From a virus (lineage: Duplodnaviria > Caudoviricetes), in IMG/VR virus record IMGVR_UViG_3300037423_002137, positions 1 to 33,513 of that record: a stretch of DNA of 33,513 nucleotides; one strand, written 5' to 3'. Shown piece by piece: positions 1 through 7,939 of this stretch (within the stretch, counting starts at the first letter, position 1; every line of letters starts with the position of its first letter). The notes under the pieces are model-generated. The model saw nothing but the letters and a program-made list of their open reading frames with translations, did not search any database and was not told the DNA's origin. The translations under genes were made by a program, and so were the position numbers.

Positions 1-69
1 TCCCGCGCTTCGACGTGCGAGGACCCCCACGCTTCGACGTGCGAGGACTCCCGCGCTTCGACGTGCGAG
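1..69. repeat. 24-bp tandem repeat (at least 3 units, continues off the window)
   Basis: CGCTTCGACGTGCGAG recurs at a 24-bp period and encodes the octapeptide repeat. Confidence 0.9.
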
Positions 70-200
70 TTGTCCGGGCGCTTTGAGACGACGATCCGGT
101 TGAACGGGGAACCGCCGCGGATCTCAACCACGGTGAACTCCGAAAACTTCTCGGGGAGCGCGTCGAGTTCGGCCTGGGTCTTGACGACGATCGTGCTCAT
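1..200 (-). CDS. Phage protein with tandem octapeptide (SSHVEA[RW][EG]) repeats, 3' end outside the window
   Basis: Own translation from the ATG at 200, which overlaps the upstream stop as ATGA: MSTIVVKTQAELDALPEKFSEFTVVEIRGGSPFNRIVVSKRPDNSHVEARESSHVEAWGSSHVEAR. Not in the ORF track. Confidence 0.8.
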   Translation of the reverse strand, partial: MSTIVVKTQAELDALPEKFSEFTVVEIRGGSPFNRIVVSKRPDNSHVEARESSHVEAWGSSHVEAR

Positions 201-1030
201 GAGGCACCTCCGGCGAACTCGGTCGCGAGATTCCAGAGGTTCTGGTTGAGGCTGCGGTCGACAGAGAGGCTCGACACCCGGCGGGCATGCTGCATGCGGC
301 CGAACACCTCGCCCTCGTCCTTACGGGTCACGCGAGGACCGCCGCGGAGAAGGTTCTCCTGAACCCGGTTGAACGTGGTCCAGAAATCGGAGGAATTGTC
401 GTCGTAACGGCGCCGGCGAAGCAGATCGTCCGTGCGAACCGTGAGACCCGAGGATGGGTCGTTGATTTCCGGCCAACGGAGTTCCGCAGCGCGGTGGGCG
501 AATTCCTTCGTGCGGGGCTCGTCGAGACGGACCGAGCGCCACGACTCGACGACGCCGAGGACCTTCGAAAATTCGTTGCGGAGGTTGGACGCGGCCTCGA
601 TTGCCTGTTGCTGAAGCGATGCACCGCGATGGACTGCGGAGATGCCGGCAACCGTGGCGTCACCCACGACCATGCCGTTGAGGCACACGAACCGGAAAAG
701 GCCGGCGAAGAGCTTCAGCGCGGCCGTGCCGTCCGAGGAGTTCCCGAGGACAATCTGCGGGACATGGTCGCCAACGCGACGGATGCCAGGGGTGGCGTTG
801 ATCTCGGGAAGAACGAGACGAACCTCGTGCGAGACATGTTCCCGGTTCTCAAGGACCCGGGAACCGGATTGCCGAGCCGAGGCGATTTGCCAGCCGTCCT
901 TGGTGAGGCACTCGACCACTTCAGCCGTGGTGACGTGGGCGTAACGAGACGAGAGCGAAGCGGCCGGAGCCGTCGCGAACAATGAAGGGACCGAAGTCCG
1001 CAGCGATTCGAGTTGGATGATTTGATTCAT
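197..1030 (-). CDS. DUF932 (DUF945) family protein
   Basis: Typical motifs: LSSRYAHVTT, NSSDGT, AGLFRFVCLNG, WTTFNRVQEN, LNQNLW. The start at 1030 is preferred because the TCGTCCCTACC box abuts it. Confidence 0.85.
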   Translation of the reverse strand: MNQIIQLESLRTSVPSLFATAPAASLSSRYAHVTTAEVVECLTKDGWQIASARQSGSRVLENREHVSHEVRLVLPEINATPGIRRVGDHVPQIVLGNSSDGTAALKLFAGLFRFVCLNGMVVGDATVAGISAVHRGASLQQQAIEAASNLRNEFSKVLGVVESWRSVRLDEPRTKEFAHRAAELRWPEINDPSSGLTVRTDDLLRRRRYDDNSSDFWTTFNRVQENLLRGGPRVTRKDEGEVFGRMQHARRVSSLSVDRSLNQNLWNLATEFAGGAS

Positions 1031-1234
1031 GGTAGGGACGAGCCCGACCATGAGACCTTTTTGTTATACGTAAATACAAAATGTATTACATATGAGGCAC
1101 AGTTGTCTAACGTATTGTAATACGGCTTTTAACACCCGATCAAATTTCGCCCCGTTCGCGGGCAGCGCGCTTTTCGCGCCTCGCTTTCACGCAAAAGTAG
1201 AGGAAGCAGAGGACAGCGAAGACGAGGACCACTT

Positions 1235-1738
1235 TCATTGTTCGAACATTTCCGCCAAAGCCCGCGGACTTATCCGCGGGCTTTTAGTTTGGTTGACCGT
1301 CAGATACATCAACGCACGACCATCTTTCTGAATCTGCGGAGGGGTGTCGGAGAATTTGTTGAACGGGGAAAACTGAGAATACTCACTTCCGTAGATCCCA
1401 AACTCGTTCCAAATCGAGACCGAGCTGAACTTGCTCCCGTATTCTCCTTGGGCATTCAGGAACGATTTTCCTTCAAAGGGGGAGAGCAAGTAACCAACTA
1501 TTTTCCCGTCAGCCGCGACGATCATCGCCCCGTAGAGATTTTGGTAGGCCCCAGCCGATAAACCCGGGGGCGTGTAAGGCTGAAATTCCGCGTAGACGTG
1601 CCCGTCAGTTGATGCGGAGTGGCTAGCAAGATATGGCGCCGGAGCCTGAGCTATGAGAACGGCGGGACCACTCTCCCCTCTCGGCAAACTACACCCCGCT
1701 AAGATCATAAAAATACCAGCGCTGAAGATCACTCTCAC
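1235..1738 (-). CDS. Putative lipoprotein (moron-like)
   Basis: The GTG at 1738 overlaps the integrase stop and gives MRVIFSAGIFMILAG-C, a lipobox. The C-terminus has YGS repeats (YGSKFSSVSIWNEFGIYGSEYSQFSPFN). It looks more AT-rich than the neighbouring genes. Confidence 0.75.
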   Translation of the reverse strand: MRVIFSAGIFMILAGCSLPRGESGPAVLIAQAPAPYLASHSASTDGHVYAEFQPYTPPGLSAGAYQNLYGAMIVAADGKIVGYLLSPFEGKSFLNAQGEYGSKFSSVSIWNEFGIYGSEYSQFSPFNKFSDTPPQIQKDGRALMYLTVNQTKSPRISPRALAEMFEQ

Positions 1739-2958
1739 CCCGGAACACTGGCGCCCAGGGTCCCACGGCACAACTCAGGAGTGAGCTCCATGCAGCGAAC
1801 CCCGTCTTTGTGTGTCGCACGTCCGTTATAGGTGGTCCAGAGAAGCTCTTGGTCACGATGACACAAGATCGTCGAAGTCAGACCAGGGTTTTTGAACGCA
1901 GCGAGGTGGTAGGTGCAGAATCCGTGGCGGAGACAGTTGTGCGGGTGCGGCACTTTCGCTTCGTTAAAGCACCTCGACTTCGTCCGGAGGTATTCTCTCC
2001 CGGTCAGCGCCCACGTAGCATCGTTCGCCAACGCGAGCCACTTCCAAAGGACCTTCGGGAGCTTGTCGATGTAGTGACGCTGACCCGTCTTGATTTTGTT
2101 CCGGGGCAACAGGATTCCTTTGTCCTCGAAATTGATGTCTTTCTTTTCGATCCGGCTCGCGGACGAGAAGCGGAGTCCAGCAAAGATCTCGAGAGCAAGT
2201 CGCGGGACAACGGCCGGAAAATGCGTGAGGGCGTAGCCGAGCAAACGCGCCGTGTCGTCGACGGAGATTGTTTCGATGTCTCCGCCGTCGTCTCTCAGTT
2301 CAATATCTGAAGCAGGGTTGTGAGGGCACTCCTTCTTCACGCATTCGAACACAGCATGGATCACCTTCCGGTAAGTGTTGAAAGTCTCGGCGGCTTCAAA
2401 ACCAAGGTCGTCAATCCATTCCTCGATTTCTTCACTCTCGACCCGGGAAACTGAGTAGCTAGCAAAATCAGCTCCGAACGCTTTAGCTTTCGGGCAATTC
2501 TTTTTATGGGTTACCAAAGCGATTTTCTTTTCGGTGAGTCGCTCGTCCTGCTCGGCGAGGTATCTCTCGACCGCCTGGGCTACAGTTAATTTGGAAGTGA
2601 CTCCCCCGCCCCGTTTCCAAGCTGCAACAACGTCCCGCCAATCCGCGTCGCCGATCGCTGCGCGAAACGCGGCCCACTCCTGCGACTCGGCCCGTGTCGG
2701 GACAAGAACAAGGGCGCCTTTTCTCTTCTCCTTCCGGATCGTCGCGGCTCGACGGTCTCGGTCAGTCGCGTCTTTGAAGAACTCCGTCTTTCTCACCCCG
2801 TCGACACGCCATTGCACGCCATACGGGGACTTACGCGTCAGGTCATCGAAAACCCGGACTCCGTCACGGTCTCGTTGAGCTTCAGTTGTCGACTCAGTTG
2901 TTGGCGAGTTGTCGTCAGAGAGTGAAACGGGGTTGGATTCAGTTGGATCCGGTTGCAT
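1735..2958 (-). CDS. int: Tyrosine recombinase / phage integrase
   Basis: Catalytic set R (GLRFSS), K (KIKT), HxxR (HNCLRH), H (LCH), Y (TTYNG), with a core-binding region (ETFNTYRKVIHAVF). Confidence 0.92.
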   Translation of the reverse strand: MQPDPTESNPVSLSDDNSPTTESTTEAQRDRDGVRVFDDLTRKSPYGVQWRVDGVRKTEFFKDATDRDRRAATIRKEKRKGALVLVPTRAESQEWAAFRAAIGDADWRDVVAAWKRGGGVTSKLTVAQAVERYLAEQDERLTEKKIALVTHKKNCPKAKAFGADFASYSVSRVESEEIEEWIDDLGFEAAETFNTYRKVIHAVFECVKKECPHNPASDIELRDDGGDIETISVDDTARLLGYALTHFPAVVPRLALEIFAGLRFSSASRIEKKDINFEDKGILLPRNKIKTGQRHYIDKLPKVLWKWLALANDATWALTGREYLRTKSRCFNEAKVPHPHNCLRHGFCTYHLAAFKNPGLTSTILCHRDQELLWTTYNGRATHKDGVRCMELTPELCRGTLGASVPG

Positions 2959-3046
2959 CCTTCTCCTCTGAAACCGGCCTCCTCAGAGGGCAACAGGAAA
3001 GAGATGGTGCACCCGTAGGGAGTCGTTTTCCCCTCGTACGTAAGCT

Positions 3047-3265
3047 TCAGTTGCCGTCTAGTTGCTGCTTGCCCGGAAACAACTGCGGCCATGCTTCTGC
3101 CGCGTCGGCAACTGAGACCCCAAATTTTTCGAGCTCACGGCGGGGGATCAAATGCGGGCGTCCTTGCGCGTCGATATTCCGGGCCTTGATCTCCCGACGC
3201 ACGGTCTCATCGCAAACTCGGATGAGCTTTGCGAATTCCTGAACGGTGAGCCGCAGCGGCATCAT
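3047..3265 (-). CDS. xis: Excisionase-like helix-turn-helix protein
   Basis: LTVQEFAKLIRVCDETVRREIKARNI...HLIPRRELEKF, an HTH_17/MerR-like pattern, directly upstream of int. Confidence 0.8.
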   Translation of the reverse strand: MMPLRLTVQEFAKLIRVCDETVRREIKARNIDAQGRPHLIPRRELEKFGVSVADAAEAWPQLFPGKQQLDGN

Positions 3266-3438
3266 CGCTTCACCCTTTCACAGTATTTCAGGCCGGCTTT
3301 TGAGAGCCACGCCTTTGCCCAGCGAAGGAGCGTTTTGCACTCGGGGCAGACGACCTCGCCAAGGTCCTCGTCAACCCATTGGAGCACCCCCTCGAGGGGG
3401 TATTCGCAGCACCCGCACTTGACGGTTTGGGAGCTCAT
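3262..3438 (-). CDS. Small 58-aa zinc-finger-like protein
   Basis: Own translation: MSSQTVKCGCCEYPLEGVLQWVDEDLGEVVCPECKTLLRWAKAWLSKAGLKYCERVKR. It has two CxxC motifs and ATGA overlaps at both ends. It is below the ORF-track cutoff. Confidence 0.75.
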   Translation of the reverse strand: MSSQTVKCGCCEYPLEGVLQWVDEDLGEVVCPECKTLLRWAKAWLSKAGLKYCERVKR

Positions 3439-5537
3439 TTTTTGACAACGTAAAATTGCTTCCCGTTACTGCGCTTAAACTGGACCCAGTCGTAATCCTG
3501 TTGAACGAGCTTTTGCAGTTCGCGGCCGAGCGCGTTTCGGCTCGGGATCGTCGTATCGACGAGGCGTCGCAAGTTGTCCGTGTTCTGAAGTGCCACGAGC
3601 AACGCCGACGTGTTCCCCGTCCACTCCGTCTCGTCCGCGTTCGCGCGGAAATACTCCGTGCGCCACATCTCGAGGAGTTCGGCGAGGCCGGCTGTCGACG
3701 AGGACGCACGGGCGCTATTGATCAGGTCGGGATGATGAAACGAGTCGTGACCGAAGCGCGCGACCTCGCCCGGGCGCGTGAGCAGGATCTCCGGAATCCT
3801 GTAATCCCGGATAAATGCGGCGAAGAACGGAAGTTCCCGGGCGACGATTTCCTCGGCCCCCCGGAAATCAATCCCGGCGTCGCAGGCGAGGAGCATGACC
3901 AACTTGTCGAGGACTGAGTGGTCGATGTTGGGCAGCATCGCGATCGACTCCGGGTCATCGTTGAGGGTCACCACGAGCCGGCCGTCCCACCGCTGCGTCA
4001 CCGCGTCCTTGAATTTCGCGTGGAACTGTTGGTTCGGGTTGGCGACGATCTTTTTGACGATTTGGGAGTAAACCGCGTGGCGGCGCAGGTCCGCGCCCGC
4101 GACCGCATCGTCGATCGTCCAAACGGGTTTGTAGAAGAGCGAATTGTTGAACGTCGTGTTGCCAAGGACGTAGTCAGTTGCCTCGGAAAATCCTCCCATG
4201 AGGCCGCCGATGATGCGCCACGATAGGAACGTTTTGCCGGCGCCCGCCGGCCCGGCGATGAAGAGCGCCTGCCCCTTCTTCGGCTTCCCCTTCAGTGCGT
4301 TTTGATAGAACCGCGAGAGCCACGAGAGAAACACGTCGAGGTCCTCGGGGAAAATCCGGCCGAGGTAGTCGGCAATCCACGGGAAGTCCTCGCCCCAGTT
4401 CCGGGAATCCGGGGCCGGAGGCATGACGGCGACTCGCGAGATGTTGAGCAGGCGCTCGCCCTGACTCTCAACCAGGATGTCGGGGCAGAAGAGAAACGGG
4501 AACGCGCCGTCGACATGGTTACGGTCTTCGATCGCGGTCAGGCATTGGTCAACTTCCGCGGGCTTCCCTTTCTTCCGGTCACGACTGACCCCGTGCTTCA
4601 CGTTCAGGTGCCGAGCCATGATGTCCCCGTTGACCGAGGACCAAGTGTCACGGGCATCCCGATACCAGTAAAGCCGGCCGTCGAAAAAGCGGTTCTCGAT
4701 CGCCGCGGCGAACCGGGACTCGTTGAATGTGCGCACCCATTCAGCGCCGAAAATATCGGACCACGGGAGAAACCGGCCCTCGCCAGTGAACGCCTGCATG
4801 CCACCTTTGCGCACGACGGCACCGGACTCGTTATCCGCTTGGGGATCCCAGAAGCGGACGCCGCGGGCGCCCTCGACAAAATCGCCGTGCCAACGGCCAG
4901 GAAATCGCTTCGCGACTTCGGCCGCGACGATCTCGAGGGGGATGTCATCTCCGCCCAGGTCCGTGCGCTTCGACGCGTTCTCGATCAACGCCATCGTCGC
5001 ACTTACCGGGATAATCGGGGCGCCGAACGGCGCACGCCAGTTCGTGCCCAGTTCGTAGAACTGGCAGGTGTCGAAGAGCGCCTTGCGATCGAGCCCCGGG
5101 AAATGCTTGTTCAGCGCAAGCAGCTTCTCGAGCCCTTCGATGAAGCGCTCACCGCACGCTTGGTTAAAAATCGGGACCTTCTGTTCGAAAACGTAAATGA
5201 CGCGGAGTCCACCGGAGAAGGTCGAGGTAATGAACGCCGGGGAGTAGCTCGTCGGTTTGAACGCCTTAACCATGCTCTCGCTCACCTGCCCGTCGTAGTC
5301 GACGACGAGGCCGTGCAGCCATTGCGGCGGATTCTCCTTCGTCGGCCGCAGTGAGGGAATGCGCGGCTCCGTGAGCGAGAAGAACACATGGTCCGTCGTC
5401 TCGTCGACGCACCATGCGCGATACGCGGGCTTGTCGGCGAGCGTCGACGGACGTGCGTCGTGCTGTTGCAGCGTCTCGAGCGACTCTGTGATCAGCTCTG
5501 ACGAGGAGTGATTCCTGATGTAGAACGCCGGCGTCAC
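3435..5537 (-). CDS. Primase-helicase (prim-pol-like N-terminus, SF3/DUF5906-like NTPase C-terminus)
   Basis: GLVVDYD and TFSGGLRV primase-like motifs; Walker A GPAGAGKT, FN, Walker B WTIDD, VTLN sensor. Confidence 0.85.
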   Translation of the reverse strand: MTPAFYIRNHSSSELITESLETLQQHDARPSTLADKPAYRAWCVDETTDHVFFSLTEPRIPSLRPTKENPPQWLHGLVVDYDGQVSESMVKAFKPTSYSPAFITSTFSGGLRVIYVFEQKVPIFNQACGERFIEGLEKLLALNKHFPGLDRKALFDTCQFYELGTNWRAPFGAPIIPVSATMALIENASKRTDLGGDDIPLEIVAAEVAKRFPGRWHGDFVEGARGVRFWDPQADNESGAVVRKGGMQAFTGEGRFLPWSDIFGAEWVRTFNESRFAAAIENRFFDGRLYWYRDARDTWSSVNGDIMARHLNVKHGVSRDRKKGKPAEVDQCLTAIEDRNHVDGAFPFLFCPDILVESQGERLLNISRVAVMPPAPDSRNWGEDFPWIADYLGRIFPEDLDVFLSWLSRFYQNALKGKPKKGQALFIAGPAGAGKTFLSWRIIGGLMGGFSEATDYVLGNTTFNNSLFYKPVWTIDDAVAGADLRRHAVYSQIVKKIVANPNQQFHAKFKDAVTQRWDGRLVVTLNDDPESIAMLPNIDHSVLDKLVMLLACDAGIDFRGAEEIVARELPFFAAFIRDYRIPEILLTRPGEVARFGHDSFHHPDLINSARASSSTAGLAELLEMWRTEYFRANADETEWTGNTSALLVALQNTDNLRRLVDTTIPSRNALGRELQKLVQQDYDWVQFKRSNGKQFYVVKK

Positions 5538-6070
5538 AGGAGTTCGTTTTGAATGAACTCGTGAAGGCGGCGGACGTCGCGGGAGCCGGCGTAAAAATTG
5601 AAATCGACGAGCGACTCGTCAACCCCGGCTTCGCTCTTGTGCGTAGTCTGGACCGTGCCGTCCAATTGAAGGCGAATGATCACTCCGCCTGCGGCCCGCA
5701 CCGCCCTCGCCTCGTTGTCGAAACGGACGTCGTCGAACACGACGCCGAGACCTAACCCGCGGAGTCGAGCCGCGCGACGCATGGCGGTGTCAGTCCAGAG
5801 CGTCGGCGAGATCGTCTCCCGACCCCACTCCGTTCCGAGAGTTTGCAAAGCGTAACGTGGCGTCTTGCCGTTCAGTGCGGGGTGCGGCTGCTCCTTTGCC
5901 ACCGGGTCTGCCATCACTTCGCAAGGCACGCCGAGAACGTGCAGCATGTCGCGTAGCGGGTCGGCGAAGCTTACTTTCTTGTAACCGAGACCGACGAGAA
6001 ATTTTGCAGCGGTCGTTTTGCCGGCGCCAGCAGCGCCAGTGAATCCGATGAGGGGAAAACGGTAGTTCAT
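5534..6070 (-). CDS. Deoxynucleoside monophosphate kinase
   Basis: IGFTGAAGAGKT, SFADPLR, TPRYALQTLGTEWGR, DDVRFDNE, HKSEAG. Confidence 0.92.
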   Translation of the reverse strand: MNYRFPLIGFTGAAGAGKTTAAKFLVGLGYKKVSFADPLRDMLHVLGVPCEVMADPVAKEQPHPALNGKTPRYALQTLGTEWGRETISPTLWTDTAMRRAARLRGLGLGVVFDDVRFDNEARAVRAAGGVIIRLQLDGTVQTTHKSEAGVDESLVDFNFYAGSRDVRRLHEFIQNELL

Positions 6071-7287
6071 GGTTTTGAAATCAAACGTTGAGCGAGGACA
6101 CGGAAGGCGCGTTCAGCGGTGGCGGGGACGACCCCGTTTCCGAGGAGCCGCAGTTCGTCCACCCGATAGGAACGCCCATAAGGCACTCGACCCATCGGGG
6201 GTTCAGTTTGCCCGAGGATGGTGGGCTCAAACGAACCGCCCCAGGAAGCCCGGTTCTCGGGTCCCTCGCGTCGAAGTTGCCCCGTTTCTCCGGGTCGTTG
6301 GTCCTCGGCGTCGGCCACGCCTTCACCTGTCCCGGCAACATCAATCGAGGTTTTGAGTGGTTCCCCTGATCGTATTGGTAGTCCACCCCCGCCGCATCCG
6401 CCGTTCGAGGAGTTGCCCAAGCTTTCACCTGAAGCTGAAGGTCCGTCAGTGACACCCCGAGCGAATTTCCCCGGGCAACCGAGTCCCTCTTCCGACGGAT
6501 AAATTGTTCCGGGGTTCCGCCCGCCGGTTGCGCACAGGGTGTCGCCCACGACTCGGGGAGGTTCCCAGTCGAACTGGGGTTCTGATGGACGGCTCGGCCA
6601 AGCAGACAGTTCACCGGAACATTCGCGCATGACGCTGCTGTCCCGTCCTTGTGGTCCCGTGTTGTTGGAGTCGGCCAGGCCGACTCCAACAACACGACAG
6701 TTGTCAATGATTCCTGCGAACCCCTCATCCCCCGCGACCTGTCTTGGAAACCAAGACGGGCTTCCGATGCTGCGACGGTAGGCCAAGATGAAGACGCGTT
6801 TTCGTTGGTGCGGCGCGCCGACTTCAGCCGCCGAGAATAATCCCCACGTTGTTCGATAACCGAGGCTTTCCAAATCTTCGATGACGTCTCGGAGTCCGAG
6901 GGTGACATGTCCTTCGACGTTCTCAAAGAAACAGACGCCGGGTCGCATCGCGTCGATACCGTCGCGGATGTAGGGCCAAAGGTGCCGAGGGTCCTCGTGT
7001 CCGAGGCGCTTTCCCGCGGAACTAAACGGCTGGCATGGATAGCCGCCAGAAAGCAAGTCCACGAGTCCTCGAAATTTTGCGTATGGGAAGGTTTTAAGAT
7101 CCGTCCAGATAGGTGCCGGGTCCAGCAGGCCCGCTTCCATCTTTGCGACCAGGTTCGCACAGGCGAAGGCTTCGATCTCACTAAAAGCGATTGTGCGCAG
7201 ATTTGGGATTGCTCGTTTGAGTCCGAGGTCAATGCCGCCATATCCGGCACAAAGGGAGACGTGTGAAATTGTTTGGGGAGTATCCAC
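6067..7287 (-). CDS. C5 cytosine DNA methyltransferase, catalytic (alpha) polypeptide
   Basis: Motif I SLCAGYGG, IV GYPCQPFS, VI ENV, VIII HQRKRVF, X LLGNGVVP. Motif IX is not evident in this frame. Start is GTG 7287 or GTG 7308. Confidence 0.92.
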   Translation of the reverse strand: MDTPQTISHVSLCAGYGGIDLGLKRAIPNLRTIAFSEIEAFACANLVAKMEAGLLDPAPIWTDLKTFPYAKFRGLVDLLSGGYPCQPFSSAGKRLGHEDPRHLWPYIRDGIDAMRPGVCFFENVEGHVTLGLRDVIEDLESLGYRTTWGLFSAAEVGAPHQRKRVFILAYRRSIGSPSWFPRQVAGDEGFAGIIDNCRVVGVGLADSNNTGPQGRDSSVMRECSGELSAWPSRPSEPQFDWEPPRVVGDTLCATGGRNPGTIYPSEEGLGCPGKFARGVTDGPSASGESLGNSSNGGCGGGGLPIRSGEPLKTSIDVAGTGEGVADAEDQRPGETGQLRREGPENRASWGGSFEPTILGQTEPPMGRVPYGRSYRVDELRLLGNGVVPATAERAFRVLAQRLISKP

Positions 7288-7289
7288 AT
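6081..7289 (-). CDS. Overlapping alternative-frame (beta) polypeptide of the C5 methyltransferase: TRD-like W[PA]TP modules plus motif IX
   Basis: A 402-codon same-strand ORF nested in the MTase gene. It has five W[PA]T[PV] modules and ends in GKLNPRWVECLMGVPIGWT, a motif IX-like segment. Confidence 0.8.
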   Translation of the reverse strand: MWILPKQFHTSPFVPDMAALTSDSNEQSQICAQSLLVRSKPSPVRTWSQRWKRACWTRHLSGRILKPSHTQNFEDSWTCFLAAIHASRLVPRESASDTRTLGTFGPTSATVSTRCDPASVSLRTSKDMSPSDSETSSKIWKASVIEQRGDYSRRLKSARRTNENASSSWPTVAASEARLGFQDRSRGMRGSQESLTTVVLLESAWPTPTTRDHKDGTAASCANVPVNCLLGRAVHQNPSSTGNLPESWATPCAQPAGGTPEQFIRRKRDSVARGNSLGVSLTDLQLQVKAWATPRTADAAGVDYQYDQGNHSKPRLMLPGQVKAWPTPRTNDPEKRGNFDARDPRTGLPGAVRLSPPSSGKLNPRWVECLMGVPIGWTNCGSSETGSSPPPLNAPSVSSLNV

Positions 7290-7321
7290 TCGGCGTAGGT
7301 TTTACCACGCAACCGAGGCGG

Positions 7322-7359
7322 TCTGTGAATTACGAGGGAAGCTCGTTCTTGTGTAACAT
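7322..7359 (-). promoter_or_regulatory. Bipartite motif ATGTTACACAA-N19-TTCACAGA, copy 1 (upstream of the MTase)
   Basis: The same two boxes and spacing recur at 11172-11209 and 14178-14215. Confidence 0.65.
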
Positions 7360-7379
7360 CGCGTATTTCTTTTCCCGAT

Positions 7380-7781
7380 TCACCGGAAAATCCGCCAATT
7401 GTTCACGTTGCGCGCCCGGCCATGTCCCGGTGTTACCTGGACCATTGTCCCGGGAAGGGATTTCTCCGGGATGAAGACCCACGTGTCTTCGTCCTTCAGG
7501 AAGACTGCGAGAATGTCGTAACATCCCGCCGGATACCTTTTCGCCACCGACCCTTTGCGCGTCCTCATCAAACCCACACGGTAGCCGCTTTCTCTGGCGC
7601 TCGACTTTCCCCGGTGTTTGCGCACGGCCTTCACCTGCACGCGGTAGCACTTGCGTTTGCGCATCGCGACGAGGTCGATGCACGGATAATCGGCAGAGGG
7701 GGCGAACACGATCACCCCTTGCGCCATTGCGTCGGCGACAAAACGGGCCTGAGCGTATCTGCCGAGCTCAGCCTTGGTCAT
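7380..7781 (-). CDS. PD-(D/E)XK endonuclease (PDDEXK_5 / homing-type)
   Basis: DYPCIDLV...RVQVK...YDILAVF pattern. Confidence 0.75.
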   Translation of the reverse strand: MTKAELGRYAQARFVADAMAQGVIVFAPSADYPCIDLVAMRKRKCYRVQVKAVRKHRGKSSARESGYRVGLMRTRKGSVAKRYPAGCYDILAVFLKDEDTWVFIPEKSLPGTMVQVTPGHGRARNVNNWRIFR

Positions 7782-7939
7782 TCCTTGCCCTCCTCTTCGT
7801 CCTCGCCGAGGGCGAGCAACGCCCGGGTCATGCTATTGAACCCGGAGATGAAAAAGAAGGCGACGAAGCCCGCGGTCTGACCGACGAAAAAGATCGGGAG
7901 CCCGACCAAAAGAAAAATGCCCCGGAGAAATGTGATCAT
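7778..7939 (-). CDS. Small membrane protein (53 aa)
   Basis: MITFLRGIFLLVGLPIFFVGQTAGFVAFFFISG..., with ATGA overlaps on both sides. Confidence 0.65.
   Translation of the reverse strand: MITFLRGIFLLVGLPIFFVGQTAGFVAFFFISGFNSMTRALLALGEDEEEGKE

Noticed and set aside
1-69. Possible CRISPR array
   Set aside because: The units are contiguous 24-mers with no unique spacers and are in frame within a CDS.
6067-7781. PD-(D/E)XK nuclease plus MTase as a type II R-M pair
   Set aside because: The nuclease is only 133 aa and looks homing-type, and a promoter-like motif separates it from the MTase. An orphan protective MTase is more parsimonious, though an R-M pair is not excluded.
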